DNA of 64,000 nucleotides from Blastocladiella emersonii ATCC 22665 (Eukaryota > Fungi > Blastocladiomycota): the NCBI GenBank assembly GCA_025594325.1, contig JANHCV010000003.1:1550001-1614000 (forward strand). Reading direction: 5' to 3'. Below are positions 23,033 to 34,363 of this stretch, one piece after another. The stretch's first letter is position 1, and each line of letters opens with the position of its first letter. The translations under genes were made by a program, and so were the position numbers. Under the pieces are notes generated by a model that searched no databases, was not told the origin of the DNA, and saw only the letters and a list, made by a program, of their open reading frames with translations.

Positions 23033-25869
23033 TCACCCGCGGGGGTCAGGCTGCGACGACTTGTACAGGTTTCGCTGGTACCCAGCGTATCCGCCGGTCG
23101 CGGGGTCGCGCGGAACCGGATGATATTGTCCTGGTGCAACTAATGGCTGCGTACTCATTTGCGCGTTTTGGACGTTGAGTTGCAGGTTTGTCGTGGGCTG
23201 CGGGGTCGCGGGAGGCGACGCGTACGGAGGTTGAGTCGGGACCTGGTAACCTTGGTAGTATAGCGGTAAGTAACCCATCGGCCAACCTGGCCAACGATAT
23301 TGGAATACACTCGGATAATTCGGCACGGGCGAGTAAGGCGGGCGTGGAACTTGTACTCCCGGCAAAATTGGAGTGATCGCTGGAACAGCTGGAGCGTTTG
23401 ACGGGGGAATGTACTGAGGCGCCGCATGTGGAGCCGAGGGTCGTGCAAAAGCTGGCTGGAGTACAGCAGAGGAGTGCGAAGGCTGCGTCACGGCTGGAAC
23501 GAAGTCCTGCGCTGATGCGAGCGGCATAGGCTGCTCAGAGACAGCAGCGGAGCACGAGGGCCGCGTCGCTGTTTGAGCAGAGGTCCGCGGTGAGGCGAGC
23601 GGGGTCTGTGGTGGTGAACAAGTCCGCGGAGCAGTAGACGAGCTGGAAGTGGTGCTCGCGGGCAAGGAAATAGCCGCTTGCGCCTCGGACGTCGGCGCAG
23701 CGGAGCCTGTACCCGAGATCGGAAGCAGGTCCACGTCCATTGAATCGCGTTGTAACGTTGGCGGATTCAGAGTGAGCGCTTGGTCATGGGCTGCTCGGAG
23801 GGTCGAAAACAGACGCGGGTATTCATTGCGGAGCGGCGAGCGGTCAGGCAAGTAGTAAGGGTCCAACTTCATCAAATCAATCGAGTCGTGGGCATGAGCA
23901 TGTCGCGCCAGAAGCCAGCGAGTGCGAGTGGGAAGAATGTCCTCGGGGATGAGAGCAGAGTAACCCAGGCGCGACCTCGCGCCGAGCTCGTTAATGACGG
24001 CGATGGCGAGGTTATACAGAGTATCCACGACAAAGTCGACCTGGTGATCAAGGAGCCGCACCTTCGACATGCGCTTCAACTTGCCAGCAATGATTTGAGG
24101 AAATTTTGGTCGCGCACCTGGAGGCGGCTTCGCGTTGAACGAACTCTCGATGAAAGCACGACCGGGACCCAAGTCCATGTCAAAGATCGGTGAGCGAACG
24201 TTGGAACAATCGTGAGATGGCGAGTTGCAGCAGAAGCCGAATTCGGGCTTCTCCTCGCGATGCCCGCCAAACTTACGCAACATGTACTCCCGGTAGCATT
24301 GAGGACGGGAAACGGGGACCTCGGCGACGGTCGTCGAATCGTCGCTATTGGAATCTGGCCCGCCGGTCCGCGTGCGCTTTGCTGGGCTAGCTTCAATGCG
24401 AGCGGCCATGGACGCACACTCGTCCAAGGCGCGAGAGACACGGAGGCGCTGATCGACATCCTTTGGCGGGTCTTTTTTGCGTTTGGGCGACCAATAAAGC
24501 TGGATCACCTCGGCAGGTTTACCATCACGACCAGCGCGGCCATGAACCTGGACCATTTCCTCGCCCGAGGTCGGGTCGCCGATTGAGAGTACGACGCGAA
24601 TGTTGTCCAGGTTGACACCCTACATCGCGTTTGGGGCGTATCAATCAATGTCGGGTCGATTGTGCACATGAGCGCGGCAAGTGTACATACGGTCCCAAAG
24701 GCATGCGAAGCAAAGAGAACCACGGGACGAGTCTGTGGATCACTCGTCATGCGATCGTACGTGCGCTTCTGATGCGCCAAGGTGTGCACTCCGTGATAGA
24801 CAGCGATGAATTTCTTGGCCTTCCCGTCGTTGAGTTTCCGCATGACATGGTAGAAGCAATTGACGAGATCCGGCGTGTAAGCGGATACAAGGACTCGGGG
24901 CGCGTGCGCAACATTTTCCGGCCGCAGCGAAGCGATGAAGCGCCGCAACCACTCGTACAGCTAAACGGTCTCGTTGGTTAGTACGTGTCCTTCTCACAAG
25001 GGCCACGCGGAAGGCGACGTACGCCCGAATTAGGGTCGCGCATCATCTTCACTTGAGCCGCTTTGATGAAGCGGTAGAAGAGTTCAGGGCGGTCAAGCGG
25101 GCCGCGGATGCGTGTATATGGCGCGTGTCTTAGACCCAGAACCTGGTCCACGAGCAGATGCTCAAGTTCGGAACCGAGTGTTGCGGTCATGGCAAGGACA
25201 GCGGCTCCAGAAAAGAGAGTCAAAGCGTGAGCGAGATGAGAGCACTGTTTCCGGAAAGTTGAACCAGCCGACCCCCTAGCGATCGCGGGACAGGGGAAGA
25301 GGTCACACATCGGCTGGTAGAACACATCGTCCGGGAAAAAAAATCAATCAGGGGACGTACCACTTCGCGATCAGGTGGGCCTCATCAAAAACAATCGCGC
25401 TGACCTTGGGTGCGCGATCCAGTCGATGCCAGTTGCTGTGAAAGTGGTCGGCGAAATGTTCGGGCGTCATGAAGACGAGCTGAATCGCGCCCTCGGCGAG
25501 AGCGGTCATGTGCTCCTGGCGCTCCTTCTCAGTCGCATCCGACGACAAGGAGCAGCACTTGACGCCCTTCTCCTTGGCCTGGCGCACCTGGTCAAAGAGC
25601 AGGGCTCGGTACGGCGAGAACACGATAACGAGCATGCCGGGGCGCAGAAGGGTCATGGCGAGGAAGAGCATCGACTTTCCGTAGCCCGTGCGAGCAGTGA
25701 AGATCACTTTCTTTCCGTCCATGAGCTCAGAGAGCACCAGGAACTGGTCCGGGTGCAGCGACGCCACGCCAAACGTGGCACCGGCCCTTGAAATGCCCTC
25801 TCGGCGCATAATAGCTCGCTCGTCGGCCGACGGATCAGTTGCATCAGGTGCCATGGTCTGGTCGGACAT
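23033..25869 (-). CDS. Transposon-borne RecQ-like superfamily II helicase
   Basis: Exons 25869-25361, 25275-25023, 24960-24691, 24619-23033 splice in frame. Motifs TGYGKS, TPE, DEAH, WG...FR, TAT, AFGTGVN, QVHGRAGRDG, followed by a Cys-rich segment. Confidence 0.9.
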
Positions 25870-26520
25870 GTGTGGGGAGATTGGGGGTGCCGAAGTCGCT
25901 GGGAAGTCAGTGAACGCCACTGCGCGAGGCGCGCCGTGACGCGACCATGCGACGCGTCGTTCATGGCATGCTGGATCACAACTTCGATCAGGAACTCGAC
26001 ATGACGACTGTGGTGATTGAGAGACGTTGGAGACCACTTGGCGGTCATCGTGGACACGGTCAGCTGTGGACCTGACCTGCTTGTCCCGTCTCGCATCGGT
26101 TCAACCAACGCTGCAGCACCAGCAAGCACTCAAATAACACTTTTGACGACACAGATCTGCAGCCAAGTAACTTTCTTAGCGATTCTAGGAACTCAACTGG
26201 GTCCGAGTTCACCCAGGGATGAACGATAGCACGAACTGCCCGCGTCGGACAGGCGTCGCCGCGGTCGTGCTCCGCACCGTATTCTCAACTCTTTTCCCGA
26301 TTACCTGCTCGCAGGCGACAGGACAGTGACAGATCAAGTTCATGGCTTTCATTTAAGCTGAATTTCACGCGATGAACCCGCTCTGCGCATGCAGTACAGC
26401 CGTACAAAGCTTGTCCCACCCTGTTACCCCAGAATGACAGTTTTTACGAGTTTCTTACTACCATCATGTTCAGCCCGTTGAGCTCTATCAGAAACCGTCG
26501 AGAACTCGGAAATCGACCAA

Positions 26521-27093
26521 GTGGCACGGTCGGCGGGTCGCCCGCAAGTCAGTCGCGTGGACGCGCTCCGACCCGACCTTTCGCGGACCATACCCAACTC
26601 CCCACCGAGCGCACTCACTGCAAACTAGTACAGGGGTCTCCTGCAACACAATACAGCACATCCAGCTCGTTTGAGCGAGGTCACCACTTGGTGCCCGACC
26701 TCCACAGGCGCGCCAAGTCGATGCTCACCCCTTCTCGCCACCCCGTGGGCCGTCACATTTCAAATTGGTACCAGCGTGTAGCCTGGGAGAAGCGCTTTCG
26801 AATGTGCCCGGTCCGAGGCCAAACGGGCCATGGAGGTGCCGGTGCGACGTCGGCGCGGATCGGCCGAGGACCCCGGACCCCCGCCGAGGCGGGACCCACC
26901 TCTCCAGCGTGATCGGTGTGGATTTACGGGGCCGAACCTGTACGAGCGGGTAGAGCGTGTAAAATCATGTCCATCGTCTGAGTCGACCGAGGCAACTTTT
27001 ATTACGAGCGGGGGAGTAACGCGGCGCGAACGATTATCCGCGCGAAATACGTGGCGGGAGGGGTGGGGGTGAAACTAGATTCCAGACTCGTTT
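26521..27093 (-). repeat. Right long imperfect terminal inverted repeat
   Basis: Reverse-complement partner of 18411-18988, with a matching offset between the terminal and internal blocks (about 520 vs 515 nt). Confidence 0.75.
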
Positions 27094-27204
27094 CCACGGT
27101 CAGCCCGAGCGCCACTTTGACGCGTTTGGCAGGTCCAACGGCGCGCCACACGTGGGAACGAATCTGTGCACCGAGACTATCATGGGCGGGTGTATATTGC
27201 TCAG

Positions 27205-28374
27205 TTACAGCTTCGACGGCGAGGGCGACGGCGACGACCGCGCGGCGGCGGACGCGGCGCGCACCCGCTTGACGAAGCGCTCAATCACCTCAAAGTACCC
27301 GTCCTGCATCGGCGCGTCGTTGTGGGTGCCGTCCGGGAACTCGTGCCACACGCGCACGGGCTCGACAGCCTTGGTGTCCTCGTCGCCGTGACGCTCGCAC
27401 GCGATGCGGTGCAGCTCGCGCATGTGGGCCTGCGGGATGAGCTCGTCGTGGCCCGACGACAGGAACAGGATGGGCAGGTCCTTGCGGATCGTGGCCATGG
27501 ACGTGCGCGACGGCCACACCTGGTGGCAGAGGAACGTGAAGGGCTTGAGGAACGGCATGACGGACGGGATCAGCTCGGGGATGCTGAGGAACGTGTTCTC
27601 GACCATGAGCGCGGCAATGTGCTGGTCGTTGCGGGCCACCGTGTCAATGGCGACGGCGCCGCCAATCGACTGGCCGTAGACGTAGAGGTCGGCGCCCTTG
27701 GCGGCCGGGTGGCGCAGCAGGAAGTCGAGCGCGGTCTGGGCGTCGATGCGCATGCCCTTCTCGTGCGGCTCGCCCTCGGACTTGCCGTACCCGCGGTACG
27801 ACAGCATGAACACGTTGGCCTTGAGCCGGTGGTACAGGTTGAAGGCGATGGGCAGCCGGTGGCCCATGTTGCCCGCGTTGGCGTGGAAGTAGAGCACCGT
27901 CGGCCGCTTCTCCTCTTCGTCGGCATCGTCCTCGACCGACGGCCGGATGTAGTAGGCGTGCAGGCGCAGCCCGTCGCGCGTGCGCAGCTCCACGTCCTCG
28001 TACGGCAGCCCGAGCTCGGCCGGCGTGTCGACGTGCTCGCGCGACCCGGGTGGGAAGTTGGCCGGGTAGATGAGCCGCGTCTGCACCGCGTACAGCAGGC
28101 CCATGAGCGACAGCGGGATTGACACCAGCACCACCTGCCACAGCGACACGCGCGCGAGCCCGACCGCGTGCAGCGCCGCGCCGATCATGCTGCGCGACGT
28201 CGCCGCTGTTGCGGCTGTGGTGGCGTCGGGTGTGACAGCGCTGTCGCCGGCGGTTGACGCTTCGGAGGCTGCGCCGGCGGCAGCCAGCACCGAGCCGCCC
28301 GAGAGCAGCGACCACGTCGACGCGAGCACGGCCTTCGCCCATGCCGTCGTGCCGCGCACGTTGCGGCCAGTCAT
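27205..28374 (-). CDS. bem46: Bem46/ABHD13-family alpha/beta hydrolase
   Basis: LYFHANAGNMGHR, SYRGYGKS, nucleophile GQSIGG, ENTF, DELIP, HND catalytic triad; N-terminal TM segment; intronless. Confidence 0.92.
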   Translation of the reverse strand: MTGRNVRGTTAWAKAVLASTWSLLSGGSVLAAAGAASEASTAGDSAVTPDATTAATAATSRSMIGAALHAVGLARVSLWQVVLVSIPLSLMGLLYAVQTRLIYPANFPPGSREHVDTPAELGLPYEDVELRTRDGLRLHAYYIRPSVEDDADEEEKRPTVLYFHANAGNMGHRLPIAFNLYHRLKANVFMLSYRGYGKSEGEPHEKGMRIDAQTALDFLLRHPAAKGADLYVYGQSIGGAVAIDTVARNDQHIAALMVENTFLSIPELIPSVMPFLKPFTFLCHQVWPSRTSMATIRKDLPILFLSSGHDELIPQAHMRELHRIACERHGDEDTKAVEPVRVWHEFPDGTHNDAPMQDGYFEVIERFVKRVRAASAAARSSPSPSPSKL

Positions 28375-28793
28375 CTTGAGGGGGTTGATACGTTACGTTG
28401 TCGCCGTCGAGGAGGAACAGGGTGCGCCTTCACCTCCTCGCGACCATGTCTCAACCCTGTCGTCCGCTGAGGCCGCCGTCGTCACCGCGACCGCTGCTGC
28501 CAAGGCAAGCGCCGTGCAAGGCCCGCCTTCAGCCAGGAAGGGCCGAACAGCGAAGCAAGAGAGGGAGGAGCGGCGGTCTCAGGCGGGCGGCCGAATCCCC
28601 ACGCTGCCAAGTTCGCGGCCGCGCTCGCACGCGGTCCTCGCTCTCCCACCAACCCCCAACGCACTCCCATGCAATCTTGACGACGGCGGATCCTCGTTCC
28701 CACGCTGCACGCATCAACGTCTCCGAGCCCCGTCCACACCAGCAGCAGCCGCGGCACCGCACCGTCATCATCACCCGGCCCATCACCACCACC

Positions 28794-30905
28794 ATGGCGT
28801 CGCCGTTCGCCAACCTCATCCAGGACTTTGCGCGCACCGCGATCCCCGTCGCCGTGGCCATCGGCGAGTCGCTGACCCAGGGGCCCGGCAACCGTCCGCC
28901 ACTCGGCCGCGGTGCCGCCGCCGCTGCCGCCGCTGGCGGGGTCCCACCACCGCCGCCCGAACCCGGGCGCGACCGTGACCCGAGCGCCGACGACGCATCG
29001 ACCTCTTCGTCGTCAACGGGCGTGTTCGGGCGCAAGTCGCGCAACCTGTTCGAGTCGCTGGCGCAGAACCTGTTCCCGGGCAAGGCCGTCGACACGATAC
29101 TGGGTCTGCGCGGGCTGACGCGCGGGCTCGCCTTCTCGGCGCGCACGCTGTCGTCGGTGCTGACCTGGCGCCGCCCGCACGCCGTGCGGTACGCGCCGCA
29201 CGAGCGCAACCTGAGCCACCCGCCGCGCGCCGCGCTGCTGTGCATGGTGGTCTGGACCCTCGCGTGCTTCCAGACCCGGTTCCTGCTCTTCGCCGCCCCG
29301 CTGTGGCTCGCATGTCTACTGCCCATCGCCAACGGCGAGGAGGAGGAAGAGGGGACGGAGAAGGAGACGACCGAGTACCCTGACGAAGCACCGCGCGGGC
29401 GGTCCGCGGCGCCTCGGCCGCACATCCCGTCGTATACCGCGGCCGCTGCCGATACCCACGCGGTGCAGCCGCCGCCTCTCCCGCCCCGCATGTCTGCCGA
29501 CGGCGCCGCTCCGCCCGCGCTCCCGCCGCGCCCGTCTCCGCCGCCCCTGGCCCGCGGCGACGACGACGCGTCGCCCTCGCGCACCGAGCAGCTCCGCGCG
29601 GGCGCGCAGCGGCTCGAGGACAAGTTCAAGTCGGGTCTGTCGCACCTGCGCGAGCACGCACCGCAGCGCCCGGACTGGTTGTCGCACGAGTCGGCGGCGG
29701 CGTTCGAGTCGCCCGACGTGGCCGCGGCGTCGTACGCGGACTCGCTGCCCGTGCACCACGCCGAGCAGCGCAAGCGCGAGGTCCCCGGCGCCGTGGGCCA
29801 GGTGATCGACGACCTGGTCGAGGTGCGCGCGGTGCTCGTCGACCTGGCCGGCCGCGTGCGCCGGTTCCTCGATATCCTGGACCTCGACGCGTCGATCCGC
29901 CGGTGGGCCGCCGCCGCGGCGCGGCCCGTCCCCGCGACGTCGAAGCCTGCGCCCAAGCAGGTCACGGTCAACACGCTCGGGATCCGCCCGCTGCGGCTCG
30001 ACTGGGTCGTCCTCGCCATGGCGTGGTGGGCGTCGCTCGCCGCCGCCGGCGCCACGGTCCCCGTCGTGTGGGCCAACGGGTGTCTCGCCATGGCCGTGCT
30101 CTCGGAACCGGGCCTCTTCTACGCCGCACGCATCGTCCCGTGGGTCAAGGACGACGTCGTCCGCCGCACCTACCACCACCTGCGCCGGCTCGCCGCCGAG
30201 TCTGCCGCGTGGATCACGGCGCCGCCGCTCGCACCGCTGCCCGCGACGGGAAGCCGTGCCAGCGAGATCCGCGCTAAGCTCGCGGTCCTGCCGCGCGAAA
30301 TCGCGTTCGCGACCGTTGCTCTGACCGGCGGCATCTTTGTCCGGCTCGTGGTCCCGCCCGCCGTCCTCATCGTCAACTTCCTGCGCGAGGTCCAGCGCAT
30401 CGCCCAGGCGCACGAGATGCCGCACGGGTTCCGCGGGTCATCGAACGTGTACTTTCTCCTCGACCTCAACGAGGACGACGCGGGGCTCGGCGCGTTCGCC
30501 GAGTTTGCGTCGGACAATGATGACGAGGATGGCGAGGAGGAGGAAGAAGCGCGGCCCGGCGTGATCCGCGAGCTCCCCGCCGAGGTCGCCCTCGGCAAGG
30601 TCCCGTTCGCGCCGGCGCCGCGGCCCGCCGTCGATGCTGTGGTCGAGGACGCACTGGCGCTCGCACGCGGTGCCGAAGACGAGGCCGCCGCCGCCAGCTC
30701 ATCTTCTTCCTCCAGCAGCTCCGACTCGAGCAGCAGCGACGACGACGAGGAGGTGAGCGAGGCCGAGCACCACGCCGCGGCCATGTCGTTCCTCGCCGAG
30801 CAGGCCGAGGCCGAGGCCACGTCGCTGCCGCCGTCGCCCGTCGTCCAACGCGCGCTTCCACTGCATCCCGCCGCGCTGTCGTCGTCGTTCTCTGGATCAG
30901 ATTGA
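28794..30905 (+). CDS. Integral membrane protein, possibly Pex24/Pex28-32-like reticulon-type peroxin
   Basis: ATG in ACCACCATG context. LSSVLTWRRP followed by a hydrophobic hairpin, later PLRLDWVVLAMAWW and further TM segments; acidic low-complexity tail. The family call is by resemblance only. Confidence 0.45.
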   Translation: MASPFANLIQDFARTAIPVAVAIGESLTQGPGNRPPLGRGAAAAAAAGGVPPPPPEPGRDRDPSADDASTSSSSTGVFGRKSRNLFESLAQNLFPGKAVDTILGLRGLTRGLAFSARTLSSVLTWRRPHAVRYAPHERNLSHPPRAALLCMVVWTLACFQTRFLLFAAPLWLACLLPIANGEEEEEGTEKETTEYPDEAPRGRSAAPRPHIPSYTAAAADTHAVQPPPLPPRMSADGAAPPALPPRPSPPPLARGDDDASPSRTEQLRAGAQRLEDKFKSGLSHLREHAPQRPDWLSHESAAAFESPDVAAASYADSLPVHHAEQRKREVPGAVGQVIDDLVEVRAVLVDLAGRVRRFLDILDLDASIRRWAAAAARPVPATSKPAPKQVTVNTLGIRPLRLDWVVLAMAWWASLAAAGATVPVVWANGCLAMAVLSEPGLFYAARIVPWVKDDVVRRTYHHLRRLAAESAAWITAPPLAPLPATGSRASEIRAKLAVLPREIAFATVALTGGIFVRLVVPPAVLIVNFLREVQRIAQAHEMPHGFRGSSNVYFLLDLNEDDAGLGAFAEFASDNDDEDGEEEEEARPGVIRELPAEVALGKVPFAPAPRPAVDAVVEDALALARGAEDEAAAASSSSSSSSSDSSSSDDDEEVSEAEHHAAAMSFLAEQAEAEATSLPPSPVVQRALPLHPAALSSSFSGSD

Positions 30906-31438
30906 GCGACGGTCGCGTTGGCCGCTGCGACGACGACGGTCGCGGCAAGTGGTGCGACGCCGGCCGGATCGCGTGCAAGTTTGAGATGTTCATTTGTCGT
31001 TGTTGCCGCCGCGATGGCTGGCTTTGGAGTGTGTGCCAAGAGAACCCGTTCTGCATCATCATCAGATCGTCTCAGCGAGAAAAGGCCGCGATGGCCGAGC
31101 CTGGCCATCACGACGCGTGCTCCGCGGTGGCCATGGCCGCGGCCACCGTGGTCCAGGGCCCCGGGCCCCTTCCTTCCCCGCAACCCGTCGCCAGAACCCT
31201 TGCCGTCGCGTCCCTGCGCGCTTGACCTGAAACGCACCGCGTCGGAGAACATATCACTTTCTGATCGAGGGCAGGCGATGCCAAGCAGCGCATCGGCACT
31301 GTGCGCGCGCTTCGCGGAAAATCAGTTGCTCATCGCGCTCCTCCTCGTTCCGGCGGGCAGGGCGAGGGTTGCCGGCCTTCCAGAACGAGTCTCGCGTCGT
31401 TCACGACGACGACGAGGTCGGCGCAACTGTGACGGACT

Positions 31439-31764
31439 ATCTGATAGCCCGCACGCGCGTACGCGTCCCTGTACGACGGATACAGAAGGTCGCTCGTTCG
31501 TTGCGCGTAGAGGGAGGAGGAGTGGTCGGTCGGTCGGTGGTCGCCCGCCGTAGTGATGATAGCCATCGCAGCGACGACACGTTTTGGCACCGGCCAGCCG
31601 GCCGGCCGGCCGGCAGGGATGGGAACGCGCTCAGCGCCGACCGCCGCGGCCGCCCGGGTCGCGTAAGCAGGCCCCGAGGCCCCACGTTTGCCGATGCGTT
31701 CGACCGTCGCGGCGGTCATCGTTCCGTGGCCACGGTCACAGTCAGGGACGAGGTGCGGTGATAA
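31439..31764 (+). promoter_or_regulatory. Cluster of GATA-type sites upstream of the siderophore synthetase
   Basis: ATCTGATAG 31439-31447, TGATAG 31557-31562, TGATAA 31759-31764; TATATATA at 31853-31860. Confidence 0.4.
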
Positions 31765-32161
31765 CGCCGCCTCTCGAACCATCAGATGGGCGCGCCGCGT
31801 CGTCGCGCCAGGGACCGAGCCGCAGGGTCCGAGCTCCCGAAGCCGGTCAGCGTATATATACAGCGCGCCCCCGCGGCCAACCTACAGGAGACGCATCAAC
31901 CGAGTCATCACGCACGACGTCCCTGGCCACCGACGCAGCGACCGACGCATCGCGCGAACGACTACGCCACACTTCATCGGAGGTGCGTCGTCCCCTTCAC
32001 CCCCCTCCACCCTCGCGGCGCACGCGCCCGCCCATGCACGAACATGCAACTCGCTGCAGTCGGCGGCATGCGGCCCGCGGAGGGTCTCCCTGCCATGTCT
32101 CGCCGGCCACGTTGACTGACATCGCCGCTTCGGTCTCATCGCCCAGCCTTCGCCCACCACC

Positions 32162-34192
32162 ATGACCCCGCCCATCACCTACACGCCCCGCCCGTCGACC
32201 GCCCCGGCGACGGCGACCGCGCCCGCCACTAAGGCGCCCGCGACGCCCGTCGTCGACTGGACCGCGCGCGCGCAGTACGCCACGTCGTCGCGCCTCGTGT
32301 GCTGCGTCGTCAACGAGGCCCTGGCGCCCGCCTACTACGTGCCGTCGCCGTCTGCTTCGGGCACGGGCGACGTGCTCGGGTGGGCCGTCCTCGTCCGCCC
32401 CGACGACGAGCAGCAGCAGTCGGGCGTCGTCTCGGCCGAGTGGGTTCACGACGTGTTCCTGCCGTCGCTCGCCACCACCTCGCCCGTCATTCCCGCGGCC
32501 TCGGACGACACGGCGGTCCCCGACGCGATCCTGGTCCCCCTGCGCGCGACGCCGCTGCTGCGCACCCGCGACACCGTGTTCCCGCGCGTGCGGAGCGCCG
32601 ACCCGGACGACCTGGTGCCCGTGTCGCCGTTCCTGCTGCTGCACCCGACCTCCTCCGCTTCCGGGAAATGGACCGCGACGGCGACGCTCGACCCGGCGCG
32701 CGTGTGGTCGGCCGTGAGCCAGTGGAACGCGATCGACGCGGCGTCGTCGGGCAAGATCGCGCGCGAGCTGGCGTCGAGCGCCGCCGTGCAGGAGCAGCTG
32801 TACCTGCTATCCGCGGACCGCGCGCTGCCGACGCTCGACTCGCCGGCGCTCGACTGGGAGGCCGCGGTGCTCGAGGGCCACGCGACGCACCCGATGCACC
32901 GCACGCGGTCGGCCGCGGCCCCGCTGTCGTTTGCGGCCGACCACGCGCACCTCGCGGCGCTGGCCGACCCGGAGATCCGCTTCTTCCTGGTCCCGCTCGC
33001 GCGCGTCCACGCGCACGGGACGTGGCTCGCCGACGTCCATCCGCACCTCGCGCGGTACCTCGGCGTCGCGTGCCCCGCCGACCACGTCCTGTTCCCCGTG
33101 CACGCGTTCCAGGTGCCGTTCGTGCGCGCCACGTTCCCCGAGTTCCGGTACCTGGAGTCGGCGGCGATCCCGGCGCGCGCGCAGGCGTCGACGCGCACCG
33201 TGGTCCCGCGCGACCCGCACGCGTTCCCCGGCGCGAGCCACGTCAAGCTGTCCATCTGCATGACCATCACGTCCGCGATGCGCACCATCTCGCCGTACTC
33301 GGTGCACAACGGGCCCGTGTTCAGCCGCATGGCCGAGCTGGCCAACGAGGGCCGCGCGGTGCTCCTGCCCGTCGCGGAAAACGCGACGCTCGGCCTGCGC
33401 CACGACGACGAGTACTACGCCAAGACCATGGGCGCGGTCCTGCGCACCGACCCCGAGTCGGTGCTGCCGGAGCACGAGCGCACCATCATGTGCGGTGCCC
33501 TCGTCGAGCGCGACCCGGTCTCGCACACGCCGCACGTCGTGCGCGCATTCGCGCTCGCGACGCACGAAGCGAAACTCGATTTCTTCCACCACTACGCGGC
33601 CACGCTCGTCGCGGCCGTCGTCCCGCCGCTCGTCAAGTACGGCCTCGCGTGGGAGGCGCACGGCCAGAACATGCTGGTCCGCGTCGACCGCCGCACGCGC
33701 GCCGTCGTCGGGTTCGCGGCGCGCGACTTTGGCGGGTGCCAGGTGTACCCTCCCGCGTGGCGCTCTGCCTTTTCGGGGAATCCGGCCGCGGCGGGGCTCG
33801 TCGACCAGTTCCTCCCCGGCTCGTTCCAGACGGGCGAGTCGGCCGAGGCCGGGTGGGCCGTCGTGTACCACACGGCGTTCGCGTGCCACCTGCACCGTCT
33901 CGCGCGCGCGCTCGGCGTGCACGGCGACGCGCGCAGCTGGGCGGGCGTGCGGCGCGAGATCGCGCGGTACGTCGTGCGCGGCTCGCCGCTGTGGCAAGCG
34001 TGGCTCGCGACGCGCGAGGTCCCCGCTAAGGCGTTCCTGCGCATGAAGATGGACGGGCTGTACCGCGACTACGTCTACGAGCCCGTGCCCAACATCCTGC
34101 TCACTGGGGTCGCCGAGGATGATGATCTGAGTTTCCCCGAGCTCAGCGAGGGTGAGGGCGAGGCGGTGGAGGTGGTCGCGCCAGCAGTGTAA
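32162..34192 (+). CDS. IucA/IucC-family NRPS-independent siderophore (NIS) synthetase, rhizoferrin-synthetase-like
   Basis: LEGHATHPMHR, PVHAFQ, AQASTRTV, KLS...ITSAMRTIS, EAHGQN, RDFGG, K.FLRMKM...RDY.Y motifs; intronless 676 aa. Confidence 0.9.
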   Translation: MTPPITYTPRPSTAPATATAPATKAPATPVVDWTARAQYATSSRLVCCVVNEALAPAYYVPSPSASGTGDVLGWAVLVRPDDEQQQSGVVSAEWVHDVFLPSLATTSPVIPAASDDTAVPDAILVPLRATPLLRTRDTVFPRVRSADPDDLVPVSPFLLLHPTSSASGKWTATATLDPARVWSAVSQWNAIDAASSGKIARELASSAAVQEQLYLLSADRALPTLDSPALDWEAAVLEGHATHPMHRTRSAAAPLSFAADHAHLAALADPEIRFFLVPLARVHAHGTWLADVHPHLARYLGVACPADHVLFPVHAFQVPFVRATFPEFRYLESAAIPARAQASTRTVVPRDPHAFPGASHVKLSICMTITSAMRTISPYSVHNGPVFSRMAELANEGRAVLLPVAENATLGLRHDDEYYAKTMGAVLRTDPESVLPEHERTIMCGALVERDPVSHTPHVVRAFALATHEAKLDFFHHYAATLVAAVVPPLVKYGLAWEAHGQNMLVRVDRRTRAVVGFAARDFGGCQVYPPAWRSAFSGNPAAAGLVDQFLPGSFQTGESAEAGWAVVYHTAFACHLHRLARALGVHGDARSWAGVRREIARYVVRGSPLWQAWLATREVPAKAFLRMKMDGLYRDYVYEPVPNILLTGVAEDDDLSFPELSEGEGEAVEVVAPAV

Positions 34193-34363
34193 GTCATTCG
34201 TATCCAACCCCAATAGTATCAGACAATTTCTTGTATCACAGCTCGGGCAGAACACGAAGAGAGAGAGAGAGGCGAGGGTGGGGAATAACATAGGAAGAGA
34301 GAGGCCGAGGCGCGGATCCGGTCCGCTGACCCTCAGCACGGCGAGTCGAGGTCGAGGTCGAGT

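Larger units (their letters stand above)
18411..27093. mobile_element. AcademH-like DNA transposon (transposase + RecQ-like helicase, tail-to-tail, long imperfect terminal inverted repeats)
   Basis: Inverted repeats at 18411-18435 / 27069-27093 and 18932-18988 / 26521-26578 with collinear spacing. Lower GC than flanking genes. Encloses a DUF6589-type transposase on + and an SF2 RecQ-like helicase on -. Confidence 0.8.

Noticed and set aside
18411-27093. Lower-GC block as bacterial contamination or a horizontally acquired island
   Set aside because: Both genes contain spliceosomal introns and the block is bounded by inverted repeats, which fits a eukaryotic transposon.
18390-27115. Target-site duplication flanking the transposon
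   Set aside because: No 9-10 bp direct repeat is visible at the inferred ends; the exact termini stay uncertain, so none is claimed.
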